A stretch of 64,000 nt of DNA from Acidobacteriota bacterium. Lineage in GTDB: Bacteria > Acidobacteriota > UBA890 > WLXD01. Position numbers and translations under genes: made by a program. The stretch covers positions 192,001 through 256,000 of the forward strand of contig CAXWPH010000011.1 of assembly GCA_963666055.2 (NCBI GenBank), given 5' to 3'. Shown here piece after piece: positions 25,277-33,746 of this stretch (within the stretch, counting starts at the first letter, position 1; the number at the start of each line of letters is the position of its first letter). The notes under the pieces were generated by a model. It saw only the letters and a program-made list of their open reading frames with translations. It was not told the origin of the DNA and did no database searches.

Positions 25277-27175
25277 ATGTCCAAGGTCATCGGTATCGAC
25301 CTGGGCACCACCAACTCGGTGGTCGCGGTGATGGAGGGCGGTGAGCCCACCGTCATCCCGAACGCCGAGGGTGGTCGCACAACGCCCTCCGTGGTCGCCT
25401 TCACGGAGAAAGATGAGCGTCTCGTCGGCCAGGTCGCCAAACGCCAGGCCGTCACCAACCCCGAGAACACCGTTTTCTCGATCAAGCGCTTCATGGGACG
25501 CCGCCACAGCGAGATCAGCGAGGAGCTGACCATGGTCCCCTTCCAGGTAGAGCAGGAAGGCGACGACGTCAGCATCCTGGCCGCCGGTAAGCACTACTCT
25601 CCGCCGGAGATCTCGGCGATGATTCTGCAGAAGCTCAAGCAAGCGGCGGAGGACTATCTCGGCCAGAAGGTCGAGCGCGCCGTCATCACGGTTCCCGCCT
25701 ACTTCAACGACGCCCAGCGGCAAGCCACCAAGGACGCTGGGCGCATCGCTGGCCTGCAGGTCGAGCGCATCATCAACGAACCCACGGCTGCAGCTCTCGC
25801 CTACGGGCTGGAGAAGAAGACCGACGAGAAGATCGCCGTCTACGACTTCGGCGGTGGGACGTTCGACATCTCGATCCTGGAGGTGGGCGACGGCGTCGTC
25901 GAGGTCAAGGCAACCAACGGTGATACCCACCTGGGCGGCGACAACTTCGACCAGCGCATCATGGACTGGATCATCGAGGAGTTCCGCAAGGATCAGGGCA
26001 TCGATCTGTCGAGTGACCGCATGGCGCTACAGCGCCTCAAGGAGGCGGCCGAGAAGGCCAAGATCGAGCTGTCGAGCGTCGTCGAGTCAGAGATCAACCT
26101 GCCCTTCATCACCGCCGATCAGACTGGCCCGAAGCACCTCAGCCTGAAGCTCACCCGTGCCAAGTTCGAGAGCCTCGTCGCGGACCTGCTCGAACGTGCC
26201 GTCGGGCCCTGCAAGCAGGCTCTGGCCGATTCCGGCCTCAAGGCCGGCGAAATCGATGAGGTGGTCCTCGTCGGCGGATCCACACGGATGCCGGCAGTCC
26301 AGGAACAGGTCCGACAGGTCTTCGGCAAGGAGCCTCACAAGGGGGTTAACCCCGATGAGGTCGTGGCGCTGGGCGCGGCCATCCAGGGTGGCGTGCTGGC
26401 CGGTGAGGTTAGCGACCTGCTGTTGCTTGATGTCACTCCGCTGTCGCTCGGCATCGAGACGCTCGGCAGTGTCACTACGGTGTTGATCTCACGCAACACG
26501 ACCATCCCGACGCGCAAGAGCGAGACCTTTACCACCGCAGCGGATAACCAACCCTCGGTAGAGGTACACGTGCTGCAAGGCGAACGCGAGATGGCGGCCT
26601 CCAACCGCACACTCGGGCGTTTCCACCTCGAGGGAATCCCCGCCGCCCCGCGCGGCGTGCCTCAGATCGAGGTGACCTTCGATATCGACGCCAACGGCAT
26701 CCTCAGCGTCACTGCGAAGGACCTGGGTACCAACAAGGAGCAGAAGATCACCGTCACGTCATCGAGTGGCCTCTCCGAGGCCGAGATCGAGCAGCTCGTC
26801 AAGGATGCCGACGCGCACTCCGAGGAAGACAAGGCGCGGCGCGAGCAAATCGAGGCCCGCAACCAGCTCGACAGCCTCGTATATCAGACCGAGAAGCTCC
26901 TCAACGACAATCGTGAGCAGCTCGATGCCGGAGCCATCTCCGATGTCGAGGGCGCCGTGAAGGCGGCTCGCGAGTCGTTGGACAAGGAGGAGGCCGGCAC
27001 CGACGAGCTCAAGCAGGCGACAGAGGCGCTGCAGCAAGCGTCGCATCAGCTAGCGCAAACAATGTACGCCCAGGCCGACGCTGCGGATGCCGGCGCGGGC
27101 GAAGAAGCTTCCCCCGACGATGACAGCGAGGTCATCGAGGCGGAGGTCGTCGAAGACGAGAGCTCGAGCTCGTAA
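25277..27175 (+). CDS. dnaK: Chaperone DnaK
   Basis: [42 protein letters not shown]; AGGAG RBS upstream. Confidence 0.99.
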   Translation: MSKVIGIDLGTTNSVVAVMEGGEPTVIPNAEGGRTTPSVVAFTEKDERLVGQVAKRQAVTNPENTVFSIKRFMGRRHSEISEELTMVPFQVEQEGDDVSILAAGKHYSPPEISAMILQKLKQAAEDYLGQKVERAVITVPAYFNDAQRQATKDAGRIAGLQVERIINEPTAAALAYGLEKKTDEKIAVYDFGGGTFDISILEVGDGVVEVKATNGDTHLGGDNFDQRIMDWIIEEFRKDQGIDLSSDRMALQRLKEAAEKAKIELSSVVESEINLPFITADQTGPKHLSLKLTRAKFESLVADLLERAVGPCKQALADSGLKAGEIDEVVLVGGSTRMPAVQEQVRQVFGKEPHKGVNPDEVVALGAAIQGGVLAGEVSDLLLLDVTPLSLGIETLGSVTTVLISRNTTIPTRKSETFTTAADNQPSVEVHVLQGEREMAASNRTLGRFHLEGIPAAPRGVPQIEVTFDIDANGILSVTAKDLGTNKEQKITVTSSSGLSEAEIEQLVKDADAHSEEDKARREQIEARNQLDSLVYQTEKLLNDNREQLDAGAISDVEGAVKAARESLDKEEAGTDELKQATEALQQASHQLAQTMYAQADAADAGAGEEASPDDDSEVIEAEVVEDESSSS

Positions 27176-27228
27176 CCAGGGGGCTATGCGGGGCGCCCAC
27201 GGCGCGGCGCCCGCACAGCATCAAAGCC

Positions 27229-28317
27229 ATGTTGGCACGCGATCATTACGCTACTTTGGGGGTTCCACCCGACGCCGACGCTGATCAGGTCGAGGGCGCC
27301 TATCGGCATCTCAGCCGCCGCTATCATCCGGACATCAACCCGGGGGATCCGCACGCCGCGACGGTTTTCGAACGCATTCAGTCAGCCTACCAGGTGCTCT
27401 CGGATCCGCAGCGCCGAGCCCGCTACGATCGCGAAGGCTCAGTGGTGGACTCTATCGAACCGACCGTACCGGACCTCACCGTGCGGGTAGTGCCGGAAGG
27501 CACCGAGCCCGGCACATACGGCGACCTGTTCCGACACCTGAAGGATCATCGCCGGCGCTCCAGCGCGCAGCGCGGCAACGATCTCTACGTCGACGTCAGC
27601 GTTGCCCTGGTGGATTCCGAGCGCGGCCGGAGGACGACTGCACGAGTCACCCGTGACGACCGCTGTGAGGACTGCGGTGGACGCGGACGGGTGCAGCTGC
27701 AGCGGGCGCGACCGTGTAACACCTGTCGCGGTAGCGGCCAGGAGACCTTCGTAAAGGGTGCCCTGTCGGTGACCTGTGGGTGCGCTGACTGCGACGACGC
27801 CAGCGGCCTGCTCCGCGGCGTCCCATGCGTCCGCTGTGCTGGTCAGGGCATCTGTTCGCGCACCGAGACGATCCTCATTCGCGTGCCTCCCGGTGTCATC
27901 GATGGGCAGGAAATCCGCGTCGCCGGGCAAGGACACTGCGGTCGGATCGGCGGCGAGCGCGGAGACCTGATTCTCCGTTGTCGCGTTGAACCGGCCCGCG
28001 GGTTCCGGCGCGAGGGCCCACACCTTTACACCCGGCAGCCGATCTCGCCGCTCGAGGCGATCCTGGGGGGCCGCATCGACGTGCCGGCACTCGGCGGCGA
28101 TCAGGCCAGCCTACCTCTGCCCCCCAACACGCAGACCGGCCACGTCTTCAGGCTTCGTGGCCGCGGCCTCGAGCTGCCGGACGGGCGGCGAGGGGATATG
28201 CTGGTGCGCGTCGAGGTGCATCTCCCCGAAATCCTCGACGAAGATTCCAAGGAGATGGTTCGACAGCTCGCAGCGCGCCACCCCTTCAACCCACGCAACC
28301 GCGAAGGCGAGCCCTGA
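27229..28317 (+). CDS. DnaJ-family co-chaperone (divergent paralogue)
   Basis: J domain with YHPD, CxxCxGxG motifs (third degenerate), C-terminal DnaJ domain. Confidence 0.88.
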   Translation: MLARDHYATLGVPPDADADQVEGAYRHLSRRYHPDINPGDPHAATVFERIQSAYQVLSDPQRRARYDREGSVVDSIEPTVPDLTVRVVPEGTEPGTYGDLFRHLKDHRRRSSAQRGNDLYVDVSVALVDSERGRRTTARVTRDDRCEDCGGRGRVQLQRARPCNTCRGSGQETFVKGALSVTCGCADCDDASGLLRGVPCVRCAGQGICSRTETILIRVPPGVIDGQEIRVAGQGHCGRIGGERGDLILRCRVEPARGFRREGPHLYTRQPISPLEAILGGRIDVPALGGDQASLPLPPNTQTGHVFRLRGRGLELPDGRRGDMLVRVEVHLPEILDEDSKEMVRQLAARHPFNPRNREGEP

Positions 28318-28730
28318 TGATGAGCGCCGATCCCAGGCGGAAGAAGGGCACCTACATGATCAGTGCGGTGGCCGAGCGCTACGAGATCCATCCTCAGACG
28401 CTGCGGCTGTATGAGCGCGAGGGGCTGTTGCGACCATCGCGCTCCGGCGGCAACACTCGCCTGTACGATGACGAGGACTTGCGTCGGCTCGAGGTCATCC
28501 TGTCGCTGACCCGCGACCTCGGCGTGAACCTTGCTGGGGTAGAAGTCATCCTCAACATGCGCCAGAACATGGAGCGACTCCAGAACGAGGTCGCCGAGCT
28601 GATGTGTTTCGTCCGCGACGAACTGACCATCGACGATCAGAGGTTGTCGACCGAGTTCGTCCAGGCGCTGGTGCGAATCGAGCGGAGCGCCCTGGTGCGG
28701 CAGCGTCCGCGGACCACCGAGGACAGCTAG
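28317..28730 (+). CDS. hspR: MerR-family heat-shock repressor HspR
   Basis: YMISAVAE...HPQTLRLYEREGLL.P.RS.GNTRLY...LGVNLAGVEVIL; follows dnaK-dnaJ. Confidence 0.9.
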   Translation: MMSADPRRKKGTYMISAVAERYEIHPQTLRLYEREGLLRPSRSGGNTRLYDDEDLRRLEVILSLTRDLGVNLAGVEVILNMRQNMERLQNEVAELMCFVRDELTIDDQRLSTEFVQALVRIERSALVRQRPRTTEDS

Positions 28731-29003
28731 CAGGCCGTGGTGAACGTGTGGTGGGTCTGGCGACAGGGTCTTGCGAAGTGCAGGCAAGGAGAGAGGAGGA
28801 GGCGATGGTTACCCCATCGTTGACGAGGAACGACGCAGCTTACGCGCGCAACCCCCTGTCGCCCGAAGGGTTACGGCGATTTGGGGCCATTTGCGACGTT
28901 GGCCTTCCTCGACGATGGCTAGGGCATCGCCAGTGTCAGGCCGCCTTGCATCTGGCCCCAACTCGCCGTAACCAGACACCACACTTTCACCACGGCCTGC
29001 TAG
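28727..29003. mobile_element. MITE-like element, full-length copy (277 bp), inverted relative to 13391
   Basis: CTAG-flanked terminal inverted repeats; interior nearly identical to the reverse complement of 13391-13669; contains the hspR stop. Confidence 0.88.
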
Positions 29004-29046
29004 TGTCCAGCGATACGCAACGAACCTCTGAGACAGGATACTAGTC

Positions 29047-29880
29047 TTGGCGTCAGCGGAGCTCCAGGATTGCGTCCTTTGCGGCGGGACCGGATGGATC
29101 TCCTCGGCAGATGCCGATGACCGGTCGGTGCAACGTTGTGAATGCCGGCTACAAGCCCGCCGGCAGCGGCAGGTCGAGCGCGCCCGCATTCCGCGCCGCT
29201 ACGAGCACTGTCGTCTCAGCAACTTCGAAGCGGAATACGCCGGGGCGCACAGCACGCTGGGGGGCGCCAAGCTCAAGTGTGAGAGATACGTCGAGGAGTA
29301 CCCCCGCCTCGAATACGGCCTGTTGTTCATTGGACAGTTCGGCGTCGGCAAGACCCACCTCGCGGTTGGGGTGCTGAGCGCGCTGCTGGACCGCTACTCG
29401 ATCAGCGGACGATTCGTCGACTACCGTGACCTGCTGCGCGACATTCAGGAGTCGTACAACCCGGTCTCGGAGACCTCGGAGCTGCAGGTGCTTCGCCCGT
29501 TGCTCGAGGCCGACGTGCTGCTGCTCGACGATCTCGGCGCCCGCCGCCCGAGCCCCTGGGTGTTCGATACCGTCACGCACATCCTCAACGACCGGTACAA
29601 CCGCAAGCGCATGACCCTTATCACCACCAACTTCGGAGACGCTCCAGAAGCACCGAGCAAGGCAGGCTCGTCGAGTCCTGCCGCCGCTGACACGAGCCGG
29701 GTGAGATCAGCTCCGCAGCCGCTGCGGGCGCGGCGAGCAGCGCCGGACGGCCCGGCGACGCTCGAGGACCGCATCGGCCCGGCGCTCCGGAGTCGACTGC
29801 ACGAGATGTGTGACGTGATCCGCATCAAGGGCGAGGACGCGCGCAAGCTGCTGAAAAGCGCTGCGGTCCCTTACCGTTAG
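29047..29880 (+). CDS. DnaC/DnaI/IstB-like AAA+ ATPase
   Basis: CxxCGGTGW...CEC zinc motif, ARIP.RY, GQFGVGKT, LLLDDLG, ITTN, RSRLHEM; no adjacent istA. Confidence 0.88.
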   Translation: MASAELQDCVLCGGTGWISSADADDRSVQRCECRLQARRQRQVERARIPRRYEHCRLSNFEAEYAGAHSTLGGAKLKCERYVEEYPRLEYGLLFIGQFGVGKTHLAVGVLSALLDRYSISGRFVDYRDLLRDIQESYNPVSETSELQVLRPLLEADVLLLDDLGARRPSPWVFDTVTHILNDRYNRKRMTLITTNFGDAPEAPSKAGSSSPAAADTSRVRSAPQPLRARRAAPDGPATLEDRIGPALRSRLHEMCDVIRIKGEDARKLLKSAAVPYR

Positions 29881-29932
29881 TCGGGCGCTCGGGCTCTTGC
29901 CGCGGAAGGCACGTGATTAGGTGCCGCCGCCC

Positions 29933-30685
29933 TCAGCCGAGATCTCCCCAAGCGTGCTGTAACACCGCCAGCGCCGCCGCGCCCGCGGTGTCGGCGCGCA
30001 GCACACGTGGGCCGAAAGCGACGGTCGTCGCGTTCGAAGCCTCAGCAACGGCGCGTTCCTCGCCATTCCAGCCGCCTTCGGGCCCGACCATGAGCGCCAC
30101 ACTCGCGGGGGCCCGGCCACGCAACGTCCGCGCCAACTCTCCCTGCCGACCGCTCGGATCACATATCAGCCGTAGCGCCGGCATCGAGGTCCAGTCGAGG
30201 TGGCGCAGCTGCATCGGCATACCAACGTGCGGCACGACGCTGCGGCCACTCTGCTTCGCCGCCGCTCGCGCCACACGCATCCAGCGTTCGCGGCGTTCGT
30301 CGATCACCTCGACTCCCCCGCTCGGCACCTGGCTGTGCGCTGCAACGACCGGGAGCAGATGGGTCATTCCGAGCTCGGTGCACTGACGCACAATGAGGTC
30401 CATGCGAGCGAGCTTGGTGGGAACCGCCTGGACCAGCCATACTGCGAGCGCGGACTCGGTCGCCGGGGTGTATCGCTCCAGCACCTGCGCCGCGACCCCG
30501 TCTGCTGTAACCACCTCGAGCCGGGCTATCGCTTCCTCCCCTACCCCATCGAAGAGCACCACACGATCGCCGACACGCAGCCGCATGACCCTTACGTGGT
30601 GTCCCTCGCCGGGGTCGAGGCTGACGCGCGCGGTATGTAGAGTGCCACCGGCGACCTTGAACCGCCCGCGGGGACCGGCGTTCAT
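29933..30685 (-). CDS. rsmE: 16S rRNA m3U1498 methyltransferase
   Basis: HH.RVMRL, CTELG, AAKQSGR, VGPEGG, GPRVLRADTA. Confidence 0.93.
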   Translation of the reverse strand: MNAGPRGRFKVAGGTLHTARVSLDPGEGHHVRVMRLRVGDRVVLFDGVGEEAIARLEVVTADGVAAQVLERYTPATESALAVWLVQAVPTKLARMDLIVRQCTELGMTHLLPVVAAHSQVPSGGVEVIDERRERWMRVARAAAKQSGRSVVPHVGMPMQLRHLDWTSMPALRLICDPSGRQGELARTLRGRAPASVALMVGPEGGWNGEERAVAEASNATTVAFGPRVLRADTAGAAALAVLQHAWGDLG

Positions 30686-30687
30686 CG

Positions 30688-31797
30688 CTACGCGAAAGCG
30701 TCGCGGAACCTGTCCCACCAGGAGCGCTCGCTTTCGAGCTCCAGGGGTTCGGGCCGCAGCTCCTCGAGCTCATGCAAGAGCTGCTCTTCACGCTCGCTCA
30801 ACCTACGGGGCGTGACGGCCTGAACCGCCACCCGGAGATCACCGCGCCGGCCGCCGTTCACCGAAGGCAGGCCTTGGCCACGCAGCTCGAGCAGTTCCCC
30901 CGACTGAGTACCGGCGGGCACATGCAAGGTCACCGTCTTGTCTCCGAGGATCGCCACCTCGATCTCACCGCCTAAAGCGAGCTGCGCAAAGCTGACCGGC
31001 GCCCGCGTGTAGAGGTCCTGGTCGCGACGAGCGAAGCGCTCGTGCTCACGCACCTCGATGAGAATCTGGAGGTCGCCCGGTGGGCCGCCGTTCAGACCGC
31101 TCTCGCCCTCATCGCGAAGCAGAAGTCGCATTCCCGTGTCGACACCGGGCGGCACCTTGACCTTGAGCGTACTGGTCTCCCGGGCCCGTCCCTCACCCCG
31201 GCACGTCAGGCATGGGTCGACAATGATCGTTCCGGCACCGCGGCACCGCCCGCAGGGCCGCGCCATCGTGAGAAACCCGTGCCGTTGCTGCACTTGCCCC
31301 ATGCCGCCGCACGCGACGCAAGGATTGCGGCCGGTGCCCGACGCCGAACCGGTGCCGCCACAAGGGCGGCAGGCGCGCCGGCGAGGCACGCGAATCTCGA
31401 TCTCGTCACCCGAGGCTGCTTGTTCGAGGTCGATCTGGAGCCGATATTGGAGGCTCGACCCACGCGACGAACCACCTCGCCGGCCGCTTCCAAAGCCCGA
31501 GTCGAAACCGAACAAGCCTCCCAGGATGTCTCCGAAGTCAGCAAAGATGTCGGACCCGAAGTTCGGAGAACCACCGCTGAAGGCGGCGTCGCCGAAGCGG
31601 TCGTAACGAGCTCGCTTCTCGGCATCGCCCACCACCGCATAGGCCTCCGCCGCCTGTTTGAAGCGGTCCTCCGCCAAGGGGTCGTCGGGATTGCGGTCCG
31701 GGTGGTTGGCCATCGCCGCGTGGCGATAGGCCTTCTTGATCTCCTCCGCCGACGCGTCACGGCGGACCCCCAGCACCTCATACGGGTCGGTCGCCAT
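30688..31797 (-). CDS. dnaJ: Chaperone DnaJ
   Basis: DPYEVLGV, HPDRN, G/F-rich region, four CxxCxGxG motifs. Confidence 0.96.
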   Translation of the reverse strand: MATDPYEVLGVRRDASAEEIKKAYRHAAMANHPDRNPDDPLAEDRFKQAAEAYAVVGDAEKRARYDRFGDAAFSGGSPNFGSDIFADFGDILGGLFGFDSGFGSGRRGGSSRGSSLQYRLQIDLEQAASGDEIEIRVPRRRACRPCGGTGSASGTGRNPCVACGGMGQVQQRHGFLTMARPCGRCRGAGTIIVDPCLTCRGEGRARETSTLKVKVPPGVDTGMRLLLRDEGESGLNGGPPGDLQILIEVREHERFARRDQDLYTRAPVSFAQLALGGEIEVAILGDKTVTLHVPAGTQSGELLELRGQGLPSVNGGRRGDLRVAVQAVTPRRLSEREEQLLHELEELRPEPLELESERSWWDRFRDAFA

Positions 31798-31798
31798 C

Positions 31799-32392
31799 TC
31801 AGGCGTCCTGTTGAGGGTCGGCGACCGGCTGGCGCGCCACTGCCACCATCGCCGGTCGCAAGAGTCGCTCGGCCACTCGATAGCCGGGCTTGTAGACGCT
31901 CACAATGCGACCGGCGGGCACCTCGTCGGTAGGCAGTTGCTGAACGGCATCATGTAGCGTGGGGTCGAACTCCTCGCCGTGCGGATCGAGGCGGCTAACG
32001 CCGAAGCTCCCCAGCAGGTCACGGAGCGATTTGAGAATCAGCTCCACACCTTCGCGGTAGCCGTCGGCTTCGGCGTCTGCGTCGATGGCGCGCTCGAAGT
32101 CGTCGAGCACCGGCAGCAGGTACTGGATCACTTCGATGCGGCCTCTCTCCACACGTTCGCTGCGCTCCTGTTGTGTACGACGGCGGTAGTTGGCCATCTC
32201 GGCCTGTTGTCGCAACAGCTGATCTTTGAGCTCCGCGACCTCCGCCTCGAACGGCAGGAGCTCCCGCGTCTCGCCCAGATCCTCGCCGGCAGGGGCATCC
32301 GAGGCAGCATCCTCGCTCGCCGTGCCCTCGGCGCTCTCCTCGAGCGTCGCCGCCCACTTGTCCTCCAGGGAGGTGCGCTTGTCGTCGGTCAT
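31799..32392 (-). CDS. grpE: Nucleotide exchange factor GrpE
   Basis: AEMANYRRR, LLPVLDDFERA, FDPTLHDAV, GY...ERLLRPAMV.V. Confidence 0.95.
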   Translation of the reverse strand: MTDDKRTSLEDKWAATLEESAEGTASEDAASDAPAGEDLGETRELLPFEAEVAELKDQLLRQQAEMANYRRRTQQERSERVERGRIEVIQYLLPVLDDFERAIDADAEADGYREGVELILKSLRDLLGSFGVSRLDPHGEEFDPTLHDAVQQLPTDEVPAGRIVSVYKPGYRVAERLLRPAMVAVARQPVADPQQDA

Positions 32393-32434
32393 TCGTAGTC
32401 CTCGCAGCCGCCGCACAGCCGAACGCGGCCGAAG

Positions 32435-33478
32435 TCAGAGCGTGACACGCCCCAACACATCCGAAGTGGCCTGCGCCATGGCCTCGACCAGCGCGATGGT
32501 CCGAGCGTAATCGAGCCGCGTCGGACCCAGCACTGCGAGCGAGCCAAGAGCGTGACCGCTCGACCAATAGGTCGCGACCACTAATGAGCACGCTCCCAGT
32601 GTCGCAGGAAGAGGATCGGCACCGATGAAGATACGAGCCTCCTGGTCGCCAGTGCTCTCCATGGCACCGCGCAGCTCGCGGCGCTCTTCGAGCGTCTCGA
32701 TCATCGCCTGCAGGCAGCCACCACCGTCAAAGTCCGGCTGCCCGAGAAGGCTTGCGGCGCCCTCCACCATGACCTCAGCCTCGTTGAGATCCGGCGTCAA
32801 GGAGCGAGCACCCAGTCGAATCGCCCGCGACTGACATCGATCGAGATGCGCGTCGGCCTTGAGCAACAGCTCGCGCACCCGCGCCGATACCCGGCGCAGG
32901 CTGCGGCCGGCAAAGCGACGCACCAGGTACGCCGCCGATCGATCAAGCTGCTCCTGGGTCATGGGCTGGTCCAGCGCCACCACCCGATTCTTCACCTGGC
33001 CGCTGCGAGCAACAACCATGGCAAGCACCCGGTTGCCCTCCAGGGCAATGAAATCGATGTGCTGAAAAACCGTGTCGGCCAGCGTCGGACCAGATACCAC
33101 GCCCACTAAGTCGGATAGCTCGGCAAGGAGATGACAAGTGCGCCGCAGCAGCTCGCGCACCTCGATCGGATCCGTCTCCAGGCAGGATCGCAGCGGCGCG
33201 GGGTCGAGCTCATCGACTCGTCCGGCCGCCATTAACCCACCCACGTAGCGTGTGTACCCGGCCCGTGTAGGTGTACGCCCAGCGGAGGTATGCGGCTGCT
33301 CGAGAAGTCCGAGCCGCTCGAGCTCCGCCATCACGTTGCGGATGGTCGCCGGCGACAGCGACTCAGGCAGCTGATCGGCGATCGCCGACGACCCCACCGG
33401 TCCGCCGGTGGTGATGTGGCGCTCGACGACCGCGTCGAGAACAGCCGCACTGCGCGCTGTCAGCTCAGAAACCCGCAT
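32435..33478 (-). CDS. hrcA: Heat-inducible transcription repressor HrcA
   Basis: PVGS, SPATIRNVMAELE..GLLEQPHTSAGR.PT, GPTRLDY. Confidence 0.95.
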   Translation of the reverse strand: MRVSELTARSAAVLDAVVERHITTGGPVGSSAIADQLPESLSPATIRNVMAELERLGLLEQPHTSAGRTPTRAGYTRYVGGLMAAGRVDELDPAPLRSCLETDPIEVRELLRRTCHLLAELSDLVGVVSGPTLADTVFQHIDFIALEGNRVLAMVVARSGQVKNRVVALDQPMTQEQLDRSAAYLVRRFAGRSLRRVSARVRELLLKADAHLDRCQSRAIRLGARSLTPDLNEAEVMVEGAASLLGQPDFDGGGCLQAMIETLEERRELRGAMESTGDQEARIFIGADPLPATLGACSLVVATYWSSGHALGSLAVLGPTRLDYARTIALVEAMAQATSDVLGRVTL

Positions 33479-33567
33479 GCCAAGTGCCCTGCGTCCGGGC
33501 GAAGCACCCTACTCCCGGGTTAGAAGAATGGAACTCAAAAATACGTGCCCCCTTGTCTCGGCCCCGC

Positions 33568-33594
33568 TTAGCACTCTCTCGGTTCGAGTGCTAA
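33568..33594. promoter_or_regulatory. CIRCE operator
   Basis: Perfect TTAGCACTC-N9(TCTCGGTTC)-GAGTGCTAA about 90 bp upstream of hrcA. Confidence 0.97.
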
Positions 33595-33746
33595 CGTAAT
33601 GAAACAATCCCCCGACCTGCCCGTCAAGCATCTTCTTGCAGAGCGTGTCGAAGCGCGCCCACCCGACGGCACCAGCCGACCCCATGCTACCATCCCGGTG
33701 GGTCGAATCCGCCTCCACGAGTGCCATCGAGAACTCCGGCAACCGC

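Noticed and set aside
29047-29880. IS21 element or prophage suggested by the IstB-like ATPase
   Set aside because: No istA transposase, IS21-type ends or phage genes nearby.
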